64,000 nt of DNA, taken from positions 32,054,001 through 32,118,000 of the forward strand of contig NC_135884.1 of assembly GCF_964194155.1 (NCBI RefSeq), given 5' to 3'. The translations under genes were made by a program, and so were the position numbers. The notes below the pieces were generated by a model, which was given only the letters and a program-made list of their open reading frames with translations, ran no database searches and had not been told where the DNA came from. Shown here piece after piece: positions 36,411 through 47,399 of the stretch. Source of the DNA: Cetorhinus maximus. Taxonomy: Eukaryota. Within the stretch, counting starts at the first letter, position 1, and every line of letters starts with the position of its first letter.

Positions 36411-37883
36411 AATTAATTTAAAGAAAGGCTGCTTGTCTGCCATCCAGTGCTGGATGAACAAAAATTTCCTCCAATTAAATAATGGAATGACCAAAGTCAT
36501 CGTTTCCAATCTCCACTACAAACTCCATTCCCTATTCAGCAACTCCATCCTTCTCTCTGGCAACTGTCTGAGTTTGAACCAGACTGTTTGTGACCTTGAT
36601 GACATATCTGACTCTGAGATGTCCATGTTATCACTAAGGTGACCTATTTCTACCTCAGTAACATTGCCTGGCTCTGCTCCTGCCTCAGCTCATCTGCTGT
36701 TAAAACCCTCACCTATGCCTCCGTTACCTGTAGACTTGACTATTCCAAAGCACTCCTGGCTGGCTTCCCACAGTCCATCCTCTATAAATATGAGGTCATC
36801 AAAAACTGCTGCCCATGTCCTTACTCACACCAAATCCCATTTACCCATCACCCCGTACTTGCTGGCCTACGTTGGTTCCTGGTTCAACAATGCCTCTATT
36901 TAAAAGCCTCATCCTTGTTTTCAAATCCTTCCATGCCCTTACCCCTCCCTGTCGTTGTGTTCCCCTCCATCTCCACAGCCCTCCAAGATTTCTGTGCTCA
37001 TTTAATTCTGGTCTCTTGAGCATTCTCAATTTTAATTGCCCCATCATTGGAGACTTTGCCTTCAGCTGCCTAGGCCCTAAGCTCTGGAATTTGCTCCCTA
37101 AACCACTCTTTTCTCCTTTAAGATGTTCCTTAAAAGCTACCTCTGTGACAAAGCTTTTGGTCTTCTGCCCTACTTTCGCCTTATGTGGCTTGGTGTCAAA
37201 TTTTGCTTCATAACACCCCTGTTGAAGAACCTTAGAATGCTCTATTATACTAAAGGCACTATAGATACAATTTTTTGTTATTGTTGGAAAATAAGTGTCT
37301 AAGAGGATAGAGAGTACAGGTGTACAAATCACTAATAGTAGTGGTATAGGTTAATAAGGCCACATAAAAAGCAAACAAAGCATTAGATTCACTTATAGAG
37401 GGATAGAATTGAAAAACAGAGACATTAAGTAAAATTTGTACAGGACCTTGGTTAGACCACACTTAAATCATCAACAGTTCTAGTCTCTATATTATGGAAG
37501 AAATATAGAGGCATGGAGAAGGTGCAAAGAAGATTTACTATAATGACACTAGAACTAAGAGGTTATACCCATCAGGAAAGATTGAACAGGCTGGGGATCT
37601 TTCTCCAGAAAAAGTCTGAGGGGTGAGCTTAGAGAGGTCTTTAAGGTATTGAAAGAGTTTGATCAAAAATAGAGAAGATGCTTCTATTTACAGGGAGACC
37701 AAAACTAGAGCCATAAATATAAATTAGTTACAAAGAAACCCAATAGGGAATTCAGGAGAAATGTATTTGCCCAGAAATGAATAAAATGTAAAACTATATC
37801 ACAAGGAGTAGTTGAGGCGACTGTCATGGGTGCAGGTAAGGGAGAGCTCGGTAAATACCTGAAGGAGAAAGGCATACAGGGAT

Positions 37884-39371
37884 TGTTATGGCACAGCCGA
37901 TGGTAAATGCTGAGTTGTTCAAATCCCAAAGGGAAACTTGAAGCAACTGCCACAACTTGTTTTACAATTTGTACACATTTCAAGATGTGTGCCTTGAATT
38001 CAGTAGTAATAAGACCACCAAGTCTTATAGGTTTTTACAAAACCAGATTAAGCATTTATTAATAAAAGAAATGATTTTAAACACATACATAAATCTACAA
38101 ATTACAACTATGATAACTTCTAAATCCCCTACTTAATCTGACTCCCAGTTACACTTTCGTTAAGGCAACAGTAAGACACATGGGGCAGGATCTTTAGGTG
38201 GGCAAGCGGGGGCGGGGCAGGCTTGCTGATGTGTAAAATGATGCGGGATGACCTCGGGCAGAACTCCCGACGTCATCCCACATCATCTCCATTTTCAGGT
38301 CAGCGGGGTCACAGCTGAATCAGCTGTGCGCCCGCCGATCTGTCAACAGCCTATTGAGGCCATTAAAAAAGTCATTAACCTATTTAATGGACCTGCCCGT
38401 CCAACCTTAGGGTTGGCAGGCAGGCTGGGAGCCCTGGCAGGCTTCAGAAAAAGCGGGCGGGATGAGGTTTCATGAGGGTTTTTAAATTTTTAATAAAGGT
38501 TTAAGTGATGGACATGTCCTAACTCATGTGACAGTGTCACATGAGGGACATGTCAGGGAAATTTTTTAAGCATTTACATTAAAAGTTTTAATTGTGAGCC
38601 AATCTCACTGAGGCAGCACTTAGCCACAGGGAGATCAGTGCACTCTTTCGCGCACGTGTGCGAAAGTGTACACTGCTGGCTGAGGGAATCTCCCCCCCCC
38701 CCCCCTCCCCCACCAACCACCACCCCACCCCCGTGCGCACAGGGAGCGCATAGTGCTTCCTGGCGGACGTCACACTGGGCGGGCCTTAAATTGGCCCACC
38801 CACATAAAATGGCGACTCGATCAGAGGTGCGCCCACCCGTGCCCGCTCCAGCACTTCCCCCCCGCCCCCCAACGGGGGGTAAATTCTTCCCATTGATTTT
38901 AAAAGACCGAGGCAAAGTGACACACAATACCCTGAACCAGTCGAATTCAAAGCGAGTTCTCTTAACTTCAGTTCTTTGAAAACAGCAGTTTGAGGCATCG
39001 ATGCCGAAGGCTTTTTACACTTGTTAGATCTTAGAACGCCTACCCTTGGTCTTTACTTTTCTGATTTAAAAATCTCTCATAGCACTAAATTTTACTGTAA
39101 TCTTTGGGGAAAAATAAACACACTGTTTCTAAACTTCACCTGGCTAGGTGACACATTTCACCCCTCCCCTTTGAAAACAATATAGTCTGTTTTATTTAAA
39201 AATGCAAATGTCCTTTTACACCTTACATTCTAAACTTCCCCCATGTTTACATCAAAGCCTTCAGACCAGCTGCCTTTAATCCAATTAAGTCTCTCTCTCA
39301 CACATGCACAGATACCGCTATTTTATAATAAATTCCAATAATATTATGAAAATTATTATATCTCCCCGACA
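37884..39371 (-). mobile_element. Solo LTR-like element in the CR1 3' end, carrying a MITE
   Basis: TGTT...GACA termini; perfect 5-bp TSD GGGAT (37879-37883 / 39372-39376); orientation tentative. Confidence 0.75.
38183..38891 (+). mobile_element. CpG-rich Harbinger-type MITE, copy 1
   Basis: TIRs gggcaggatct / aaattcttccc; flanks ATG/ATT; internal palindrome 38511-38554. Confidence 0.85.
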
Positions 39372-39513
39372 GGGATATGTTGATGGGGTTAGATGAAGAA
39401 GGATACAAAGAGGCTTGTGTGACGCATGAATACTGGATTGGTTCTGTTAGAAAGAATGGCCTGTTTCTGTGCTGTAAATGCCATGTAATCCTTGCACAGT
39501 CATTGACAGCGGA

Positions 39514-40778
39514 GAGCTGAATTTTTGCTCCCGGCAGAGGAGGGAAAATTCTCGACTCTGCAAACCCAAGTGAGGAGAAAGTTTTCTGAATGATCTGATT
39601 TTTGTTCCTGGGAGGTGGGTGCAAACTGGAGTTGGGCCCGATGCCCTTGGAAAGAGTTCAGAGGCAGCCACAGGGGCTGCCGGTTTCTGAGGCAAGCTAG
39701 TTAATAGGGTCTCCATGGTGCTCCAGGAAGCACCAGTTGTTCATCCAGTTGTTAAAAAAAACCAAAACAGCCCTCAAACCCTCACCCCTCTCACACTCCC
39801 CAAGCCCCATCCATGCCAACTCATGCCACCTTATGCCCCCATCCAACCTTCCATGGTCCCTATACCAACTTTGTACCAATTCATGCCAACCCATGCCCTC
39901 AACCACCACCATCTTTTGGTCCTGTACCCTCCCTGCCAACTCACCCAGCATCCAACATGAGCAGACCTCAGAAGCCATGGTGAGATGAAATAAAGTTTTA
40001 AGCTTATATTTTGGACTCAAAAATACTCATTTATAAAATAAATTTGTCACATTCAATTTTTTTCAAGTGCTTATCCTTTATAAAAATAAACATTTCCTTG
40101 AAGTACTTAATCCCTTATGAAAACAAACATTTATATCCGTAGCCCCACGTCAAAGACAGCTCATCTTTTTATAAGTACTTGAAGCTGTCAAACTGTGTAC
40201 TTACAGCACCCCCTACTCTCTCTGGCTCTGATAGTGATTGCTTCCACAACCTATCACGCAGCACTGATTCTATAATGATAATCCTAAGGTTTATGGCAAT
40301 TGACAGCTAGTGAAATTACAAGCAAAGTCACAGCGGGCTGTTTTTCTTCAAAAATTTAAAGGGCTTGGAGATTTAAATGACTTGACAGCTTGACAGCTCC
40401 ACTGGGCTTAACCACTTTTTATACACTTTCATGTCTACTCTTAACCATCCCAAAGTGGTACCTCACCTCTCTCAAAGTGGTACCTTACTTTTCCAAAAAG
40501 GTACCTGGCCCTTTCCAAAGAACTATGGCAGTTTTAGACCTTTTCCTCAAATGTCTAAAGCCCACAAGTCATGTTTCGGATATCCCAAGAAAAAAAAATT
40601 ACAACTGTCTTAAGGCGGCTGCACTTTTACATGTGCAGCTGCCTCCGTGAACCACGGATTTGAAAACTACAACCTGCCCCTGTGTCCACCCGCCGCCACC
40701 CCACCCCCACCCCCAGTGAAAATGGTGGCTGTTGGGTTGGGAGCGGTTCATCCTTCCAGCCTTGTGATAATTCAGGCC
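39514..40778 (-). mobile_element. Larger non-autonomous Harbinger-type element
   Basis: Ends gagctgaattt / ataattcaggcc; homologous in opposite orientation to 50716-52300 (ccatgcc minisatellite, ggtaccttac repeats). Confidence 0.6.
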
Positions 40779-41245
40779 TAAGTGTTTGTTTCCACACCAC
40801 TGATTGCAGCTGTGTGAGAAGGTATGGGTATGTAAATGTGATATTCTGTGTATTCAAGAAATGAGAATCAATTGCTCACTTGGGTTTGAAATGGTGAACT
40901 ATTTTGTTCCCAACAACAATACACTGTATGGTTAAATTAGGTTGCAATTTGTGTGTTTTTCTCATTAATAATACCAGGCCTAGCCTTTCTCTAAAGTTGA
41001 AGGCTCTATGTAGTCAAATATTAATTGTTGTCTATTTTGGTAATCAGGTGCATAGAAGAAAAAAGGCCGCATATTGATATATACATTTCAGATGACCACA
41101 TGTCAGTAATAAATAATCCAATGCTTCAATCCACACCAATGAGCTAGTTAGGACCACTTTCATGCTCATGCATGATCAAATATATAATCTGCTTATTTTC
41201 TTTAGCATTTTATTTTGTTCCATTCCTCATTAGATTAACCCTTAC

Positions 41246-41279
41246 CAGCTGATGGGATGACCATCTGACGAGTGCTATT
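41246..41279 (-). pseudogene. Candidate micro-exon (NSTRQMVIPSA)
   Basis: Acceptor gatttacag, donor CTG|gtaagg, 34 nt, phase 0>1 bridges its neighbours. Confidence 0.5.
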
Positions 41280-41361
41280 CTGTAAATCGTAACTGATAAT
41301 TGCAAAACCCCACAACAGGGATTCCATTTATTTTCCATTTGATGTCACCCTCTGACTCAAT

Positions 41362-41975
41362 GGGTTAAATCTTCGGCTCGGCGATCAGGGGCAGGGCCTG
41401 CTCGCCGAGGCGTAAAATGATGCGCGGCAACGTCGTGTCATTCAGACTTTCAGTTCAGTGGGCGCACAGTAGAGTCGGCTGCACACCCGAACTGTCAAAG
41501 GTCTATTAAGGCCATTTAACTCTCAATTAAAGTAATTAACGGAGCTGCCTGTCCAACCTTAAGGATGGCGGGCAGGCGAAGAGCCCAGACGGCCTTCGCA
41601 TTTTTCATGGAGCCTCATCCACGGGCGGGATGAGGTTTCATGAATGATTCTAAATTTTGACAAAAATTTTTATTGAAACTAATGCACGTGTCCCAGCTCA
41701 TGTGACAGTTTCACATGAGGGCACATGTCATAAAAATTTTCTCGCCACTTTATTAAACTTTTTGGACTTTCGCATGCGCAAAAGAGCGCACTCCCGACTC
41801 GGCAACCCCGCTGCCCCCCCCCCTGCTCGCACAGGGAGCGCACAGCGCTTTCGGGTGCATCTCACGCTGGGCAGGCCTTAATTAGCCCGCCCATGTAAAA
41901 TGGCGGCGCAGACCCAAGCGGGTCCGTGCCCGCCTGCTCCCACCCAGCCCGCCCAGCTGGCAGAAAATTCTGCCC
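41362..41975 (+). mobile_element. CpG-rich Harbinger-type MITE, copy 2
   Basis: TIRs gggttaaatct / aaaattctgccc; perfect 3-bp TSD AAT. Confidence 0.9.
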
Positions 41976-43141
41976 AATGTCTTATATCCTGCATGGCAGG
42001 ATGTTGGATCCAAACCTAAATAATGGCTACTCCCTGAAAGATGCGGCAGTTCTATGTTCCACAGGCTGAATCTTAAATTAAGACAGCCTTATATATATGA
42101 TGCCAAACATCACTTAAATCAACTTTTGTACCTATAGTGTTGATCCTCAATCAAGGTACAACATATATGCAAGAGTTATTCATGATTCTTAGGTGTTAGT
42201 AACTAATCACCAGCTGTTGTATTGCATTTATAGGTAAAGACCATGCATTGCTCATGGAATAGATTCACAAAGAACAGCAGGCTCAGAGTACCAGATTAGT
42301 GATTAGTGCTTAACATAATGGCCGATCTTGAAAAAAGAGGATTATGCACTTATTTTGCATCTTAATTTTTTTACATTCACTGCTAAACTATAGAATTTCT
42401 TTAATTGTACTGTTTCAATTTTCCAAATCTTCTCTTTGGTTCTTGTCGTTAACAAATGAAATAGTACAACTAATCACAGGGAGTTATTTCTATTTATAGG
42501 AATTTGTTATATACGGTTAAGGTTAGGATTGTATCATTTAATCCCCATGAAGAGACAGCTACTGATATTTGACAGGTATATTTATAACGTAAGGGCAGGA
42601 GTGTGAATCGATTTCTGCTGTACACCAATAGCAAGCATCCGCTAAGAGTCGGGATCTAACTTTACTTGCAAGAAAAGTGAAATGAGATTCCCTGGGGAGG
42701 AGGCAGTCTCATACCTCTTGGGTTAGATATCAAATGAAGTATAAATCCAGTGTTGTGTCAAACCTGGCTTACAAAATCATGAGTTACGCTGGACCACTGA
42801 ACACTTTGTAAACCAACCAACTCTTATAATTGAAATGCATACAGACGGAATTTCTCCCTCTATGCCCTTTGCACAGTTACACTTTTAAAATGTTAGGCGA
42901 AAGTTCTGTATATGTAAATGTAGAACTCGCTCCTGGGCAGGATGATTTAGAGCTCCAGCCAGATAGGAGCCAATCAGTGTAAATAGGGTCCTGCCTGTAT
43001 GAAATCTGAACTGCAGCTACTGGTCTTGTGCTCCTTTGCACGGCTTTAAATGAGTGAAAACAAGCATTTAAATTAAATATTAGAGCTGACCCTCAAACAT
43101 GGTCCCCAATCTGCCAAAAAAAACATTTGCTGAACCCTTAC

Positions 43142-43333
43142 AGCTCAATTAACATTTGTACACGGCTTGTTTTACTTCAGTTTGGCTCCAAGTTTGGAAC
43201 TTGCATTCCTAATACGGAAAAAAAGCTTTGCAGCAACTAGCACCATACCACAAATAATATTGGAAGCGCGGAACAGATGTAATTCTCGATGGAAGTATTT
43301 TGATGCACAATCAATAGGCATCTAGCAGTGAAC
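43142..43333 (-). pseudogene. Candidate first coding exon, ATG at 43321 (MPIDCASKYFHRELHLFRASNIICGMVLVAAKLFFRIRNASSKLGAKLK*NKPCTNVN*A)
   Basis: Acceptor ccattcacag, donor GCT|gtaagg, exactly 60 codons from ATG to donor, hydrophobic segment, two in-frame stops. Confidence 0.5.
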
Positions 43334-44108
43334 CTGTGAATGGCAGTTCTCAATGACACAAACCAAAGATAATGCTCTTATTGCTTTGAGCTAAAATTTT
43401 GAAATTGTGCATTCAGTGCCGCCTTGGGGGGACTGAGGACAATAATACTGCCTCTGCTATTGCATTGGTTGAGATCAAACCTGCAACTTTCATAGTTTGT
43501 ATGGTTCAGCTTCTCAAGATAAAATTGCTGAAACTTTGGGGAGCCTATATTTATTATTTTGATAACATTTATTTCATTCTCTGATTATAGCTGCAAAAGA
43601 TGAAGCAGATAGAAAAGGCCGTCGAGAGTGTCTGTCACACCCAGATATGTACCATGGGTATGGGTCTCTAACTCGAGGCTGGATTTGAAGCTTTTCAGTA
43701 AATATTCATCTCATTTAAAATACACCAAGCATAATGCCAAAAACAACTAATTACTTGAAATAAGATTTTTTTTCTTAAAGAAAATAAAAGAACTTGTATT
43801 TAAATAACACACCATAACATCAACACACTTTACAATGTCGACAATGTTGTGACGTAGGAAGCATAGCAGCCAATTTATACTTAGCAGAGTCCTACAAACA
43901 ACAGATAAATTATTCTGTTTTAGAGATATTGGTTGAAGAATAAATATTGGTCAGGTCAATAAAGAAATTTCCTGCACCGCTTCAAAAAAAAGGTATTGGA
44001 ATCTTTTATGGCCACCTGAAAGGGCTTTAGCTTCATGTCTTGGCAAGTCAGGCAATGCAGCACTCCCTCAGTACTGCCTTGAAGCGTCAGACTAGGTTAA
44101 GTGGCCAA

Positions 44109-44741
44109 GGACCGAATTTTGCCTCTGTTGGGCAGGCCCGGGAGTGGCCGAGAAACCGGCTGCTGCCTGCGATCGGCCCCGACTGCGATTTCATGCTGGC
44201 CGGCCAATTAACAGCCAGCCAGCATGAAACGCGCGCTGCAGCGCTGCCGGGGTGGGGGTGGGAGGAGCACGAGCGCTGAAGTTCGCGAATGCACACAGTA
44301 AAAGCTCCCTGAGGCACAGAGCTGCATCAGGGAACTGAAGATTTTTATCAATAAAAATAGAGACTTTTAAAATAATGAGCAGGGACATGTTAAATATGAC
44401 TGTAAAAAGTTTTTTATTTTTTTTTAAATCACTGGTTGAAACCTCATCCCACCCGTCGATGAGGTTTCGCCAAAAATGCAAAGGCCGCTTGGCCTTTTCG
44501 CCCGCCCGCCAACCAAATGGTTGGACGGGCAGTGAAAAATTCCAATCAATTAGTTGATTAAGGGCCTTAATAGGCCGCTTAACTGTCGGCAGGTGCACTG
44601 CCGACTCCTGCACGTGCCCGCTGACCGAAATATCACGCGAGTGTATGATGAATTTGGGACGCTTGCCTGATGTTATCACGCGTCATGTTATGCTCAAGTG
44701 TGTTGGGCGCACGCCTGCACGCCAAGTGAAAAATTCTGCCC
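44109..44741 (-). mobile_element. CpG-rich Harbinger-type MITE, copy 3
   Basis: TIRs ggaccgaatttt / aaaattctgccc; flanks CAA/CAT. Confidence 0.85.
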
Positions 44742-44777
44742 CATATCTCTGGGATGGGAATGTACTCCTGACTCTAT

Positions 44778-44894
44778 GGGTGGAATTATGTGGCCCCATT
44801 GCGGTAGGGACAGGACCGTAAAACGCAGCGAGCTGTTCAAAAGTCCATTGACTTCAGCGGGACCATAAAATCCCACCGGCAGAAAATTCCGCCC
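44778..44894. mobile_element. 117-bp mini-MITE with related TIRs
   Basis: gggtggaatt...aattccgccc; perfect TSD TAT. Confidence 0.85.
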
Positions 44895-45389
44895 TATGAC
44901 TCTGCAGTGAGAGTGCAACCACAATGACAGTTGGCACCTAAAGTCAGCGATTATACAGGTTCTTAATGTTTTGCAACTACTGTTAAAATTCAGAATAGTT
45001 CAAATTTTAGGTTATAAAATTAAAAGCAACAGCCATTTATTTATGAATATTTATAATACTTTTTTTTCTAATTTAAACTAGGCTAGTTTCTGATCAGTTA
45101 ATCCTACATGTGGGCTCGGCATTAGGAGGTGATGATTCACAGTTCAATTGCACAAATTCAATAACCCATAAATTGTATGGAACAGGTAGTAATGCTCTGT
45201 ATTCATTTACTGCATAAATGCGATGGAAAATGGAAAGCATTACTGAGTACATTGTCGAATAAATTGCATTTCAAATAAAGCTTAAAAATAGTAATATTAA
45301 TTCATACTGAAATTCAATTACTTAAAAATCATGCAATGGTATTTAACATTACAAAGTGAATTAAAAAAATTAACGGTCAGTATAGGGTA

Positions 45390-45790
45390 ACTCAGAAGGC
45401 TGTGGGTTCAAGTCCCCCTGCAGGACTTGAGCACAAAAATCAAAGCTGATACTCCACAGCAGTTCTGAGGGGGTGCTGCACTATCAGAGGTGCTATCTTT
45501 CAGTTGAGACATTACGCTGAGGCCCCAGCTGCCCTTTCAAGTGAATGTAAAATGTCCCATGGCAATATTTTGAAGAAGATCAAGGGAGTTATCCTCAGTA
45601 TCCTGGCTACTTAACTCTCAATCAACAAAAGCAGATTATCTGGTTATCACATTGCTGTGTGTGGGAGTTTGCTGTGCGCAAATTGGCTGCAGCATTTCCT
45701 ATATTACAACAAAAAGTACTCCATTGGTTGTAAAGCACTTTGATGCTCTTTGGTTGTGAAAGGCAATATATAAATGCAAGTCTGTCTTTT
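45390..45790 (+). mobile_element. Deu-type tRNA-derived SINE (SacSINE1-like)
   Basis: B box gggttcaagtcc; core gtgctgcactatcagaggtgctatctttcagttgagacattacgctgaggccc; tail atataaatgcaagtc; family name from memory. Confidence 0.75.
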
Positions 45791-46172
45791 CTTTTATTTG
45801 AAAAAGAAATTGAAAGATAATAGAATTTATAAATATAACCATCTTATTTATCCCCAAACCATTAAAAACGCGGCTTAGCTTTGTATTACACAAAGGTGAA
45901 TGCTGGAAATAATCTAAAAATGGCATTAAGGCAAAACATAAAAATACTTGAGTTATATCTTTTTAAAAAAAGACTACAAATCACTGTACAAAGTTGTTGG
46001 ACCAGAGTGAAAGCAGTTACTTAGTCTGAATTAATTGGTTATTGGCCATATGACCAAGAATTGAGAATTCATAATCACATTGGTACACACATACTATATG
46101 TGTACAGGTAATGTACAAGAGCTCCCGTCAGCTGTAATTCAATGTAAAGGTGCCAAAAGGGTAACATGAAAC

Positions 46173-46475
46173 CTTGCTGGTGAGCGTGCAGGCGACTTGA
46201 AATAAAACCCCAAGTGAATGGCCCAGGCCTCTGTACCATGACTCCAGCACACCTGGCACCTTGACATTGATCGTCATTTAACTTGTTAAATGATATGCTA
46301 TTTTTTTGCAGCCAGCCAAGGAATGGCACGCACTACAGGTGCTGGTGGAGGAAATTTGAGTGGAAGTAATATTTGTGTAGCAAGGTTTTAGCTGACTGTC
46401 AGTAATTATTGAACATTCCAGGTAGACTGTGCAACAAAGCACTCACCACTAGTCCATTTCTGGACAGATACAAAC
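46173..46475 (-). other. Two further candidate exons (46475-46447 and 46332 to ~46173): possible 5' UTR or another gene
   Basis: ctgctgtcag|29 nt|gtgagt, then cctgtag|open frame CVPFLGWLQKNS..; downstream donor ambiguous. Confidence 0.3.
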
Positions 46476-47104
46476 CTGACAGCAGTAAAAGATGTTCTAA
46501 TTTAAATCTATATACAGAGGAGCCCCTGTCTGTACACTAACACTTCATGCAAGACCTGCATGTATTCAGTGCATATGCCATTTTTTTGACTGGCACAGTT
46601 CAAATAATGTTGAAGTCAGAGACTTCACCTAGACTAATACAACACACGTAATGGTGTTTCTGTGGGACTTAACATCTGTCTATCAGAGGAAAAATGCCAA
46701 TAGAGTGCTGTTGCTTCAGGACATGCAGAGACATTCATTTTAAAACCTAAAAACAGCTGTGAACCTGGCAGTTTGCGCAATCCATATTAGAAGCAAACAT
46801 TGTTGGAAGGCCAAATACTGTAGGGCACTGTTTTGGAGCAGAAGTTTACCTGGACTGACAAAATGTGAGACTAATTTAATTTTAAAAGATATTTTAACGA
46901 TGATCAAGATGACCCTGCTCCTATATTGAAGTTTGAAAAGCATTGCCAACTGCAAGAGTATTAAATTTACAATGAAAGTCGGAATGCAACTTAGCATATC
47001 TTTAATTCTATAGTACCCTTATTAATATTCTACAATGTACAATTCTAAAGTGCAACTGTTCCTATCGTGCACAGCAAAGTCGCAGGATAGGACATGTTTT
47101 TAAA

Positions 47105-47385
47105 AATTTTGTTCATGGGATGTGGGCGTCGCTGGCTAGGCCATCATTGATTGCCCATCCCTCATTGCCCTTGTTCAGAGGGCAGTTAAGAGTCAACCAC
47201 ACTATTTGGGTCTGGAATCACATGTAGGCCAGACAAGGTAAGGATGGCAGATTTCCTTCCCTAAGGACATTAGTGAACCAGATGGGTTTTTATGACAATC
47301 GGCATTGGTTTCATGGTCATCATCAGACTTTTAAATTCCAGATTTTTAATTCAATTGAATTCAAATCCAGGTCCCCAGAGCATTA
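47105..47385 (-). mobile_element. tRNA-derived SINE with family-B tail
   Basis: Reverse complement of 36022-36410. Confidence 0.8.
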
Positions 47386-47399
47386 AACAAAAACAGAAA

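Larger units (their letters stand above)
34825..37283 (+). mobile_element. L2 LINE nested in CR1, itself interrupted by family-B LINE/SINE pieces
   Basis: FDLVDHIMLL..GIPQGSTLG..ADDT; IQCWMNKNFLQLN; TCRLDYSKALLAG; TTGGAAA on both flanks (34818-34824 / 37284-37290). Confidence 0.85.
33990..39490 (+). mobile_element. Old CR1 LINE in three pieces (~33990-34824, 37284-37883, 39372-39490)
   Basis: Colinear RT-to-3'UTR remnants resume across the L2 and LTR insertions. Confidence 0.8.
3441..43321 (-). pseudogene. Spliced host gene, apparently disabled; tentatively a signal-anchored TTL/ATP-grasp-like protein (CPED1-N-terminus/TTLL15-like)
   Basis: AG/GT(GC)-bounded exons with matching phases: 43321-43142 (ends 0), 41279-41246 (0>1), 33662-33492 (1>1), 33299-33267+29948-29857 (1>0), 28839-28644 (starts 0), then 11133-11024 (1>0), 10816-10653 (0>2), 7101-7023 (2>0), 3642-3441 (0>1). 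Contains in-frame stops, frameshifts and an exonic CR1. Family call is by-eye motif similarity only. Confidence 0.6.
43790..44930 (-). mobile_element. Deu-type SINE interrupted by two MITEs
   Basis: Reverse complement of the gagggagtgctgcattg core at ~44055-44070 and tail at ~43790. Confidence 0.6.

Noticed and set aside
42714-42762. AG/GT-bounded 49-nt minus-strand segment
   Set aside because: Stops in all three frames and not needed for phase continuity
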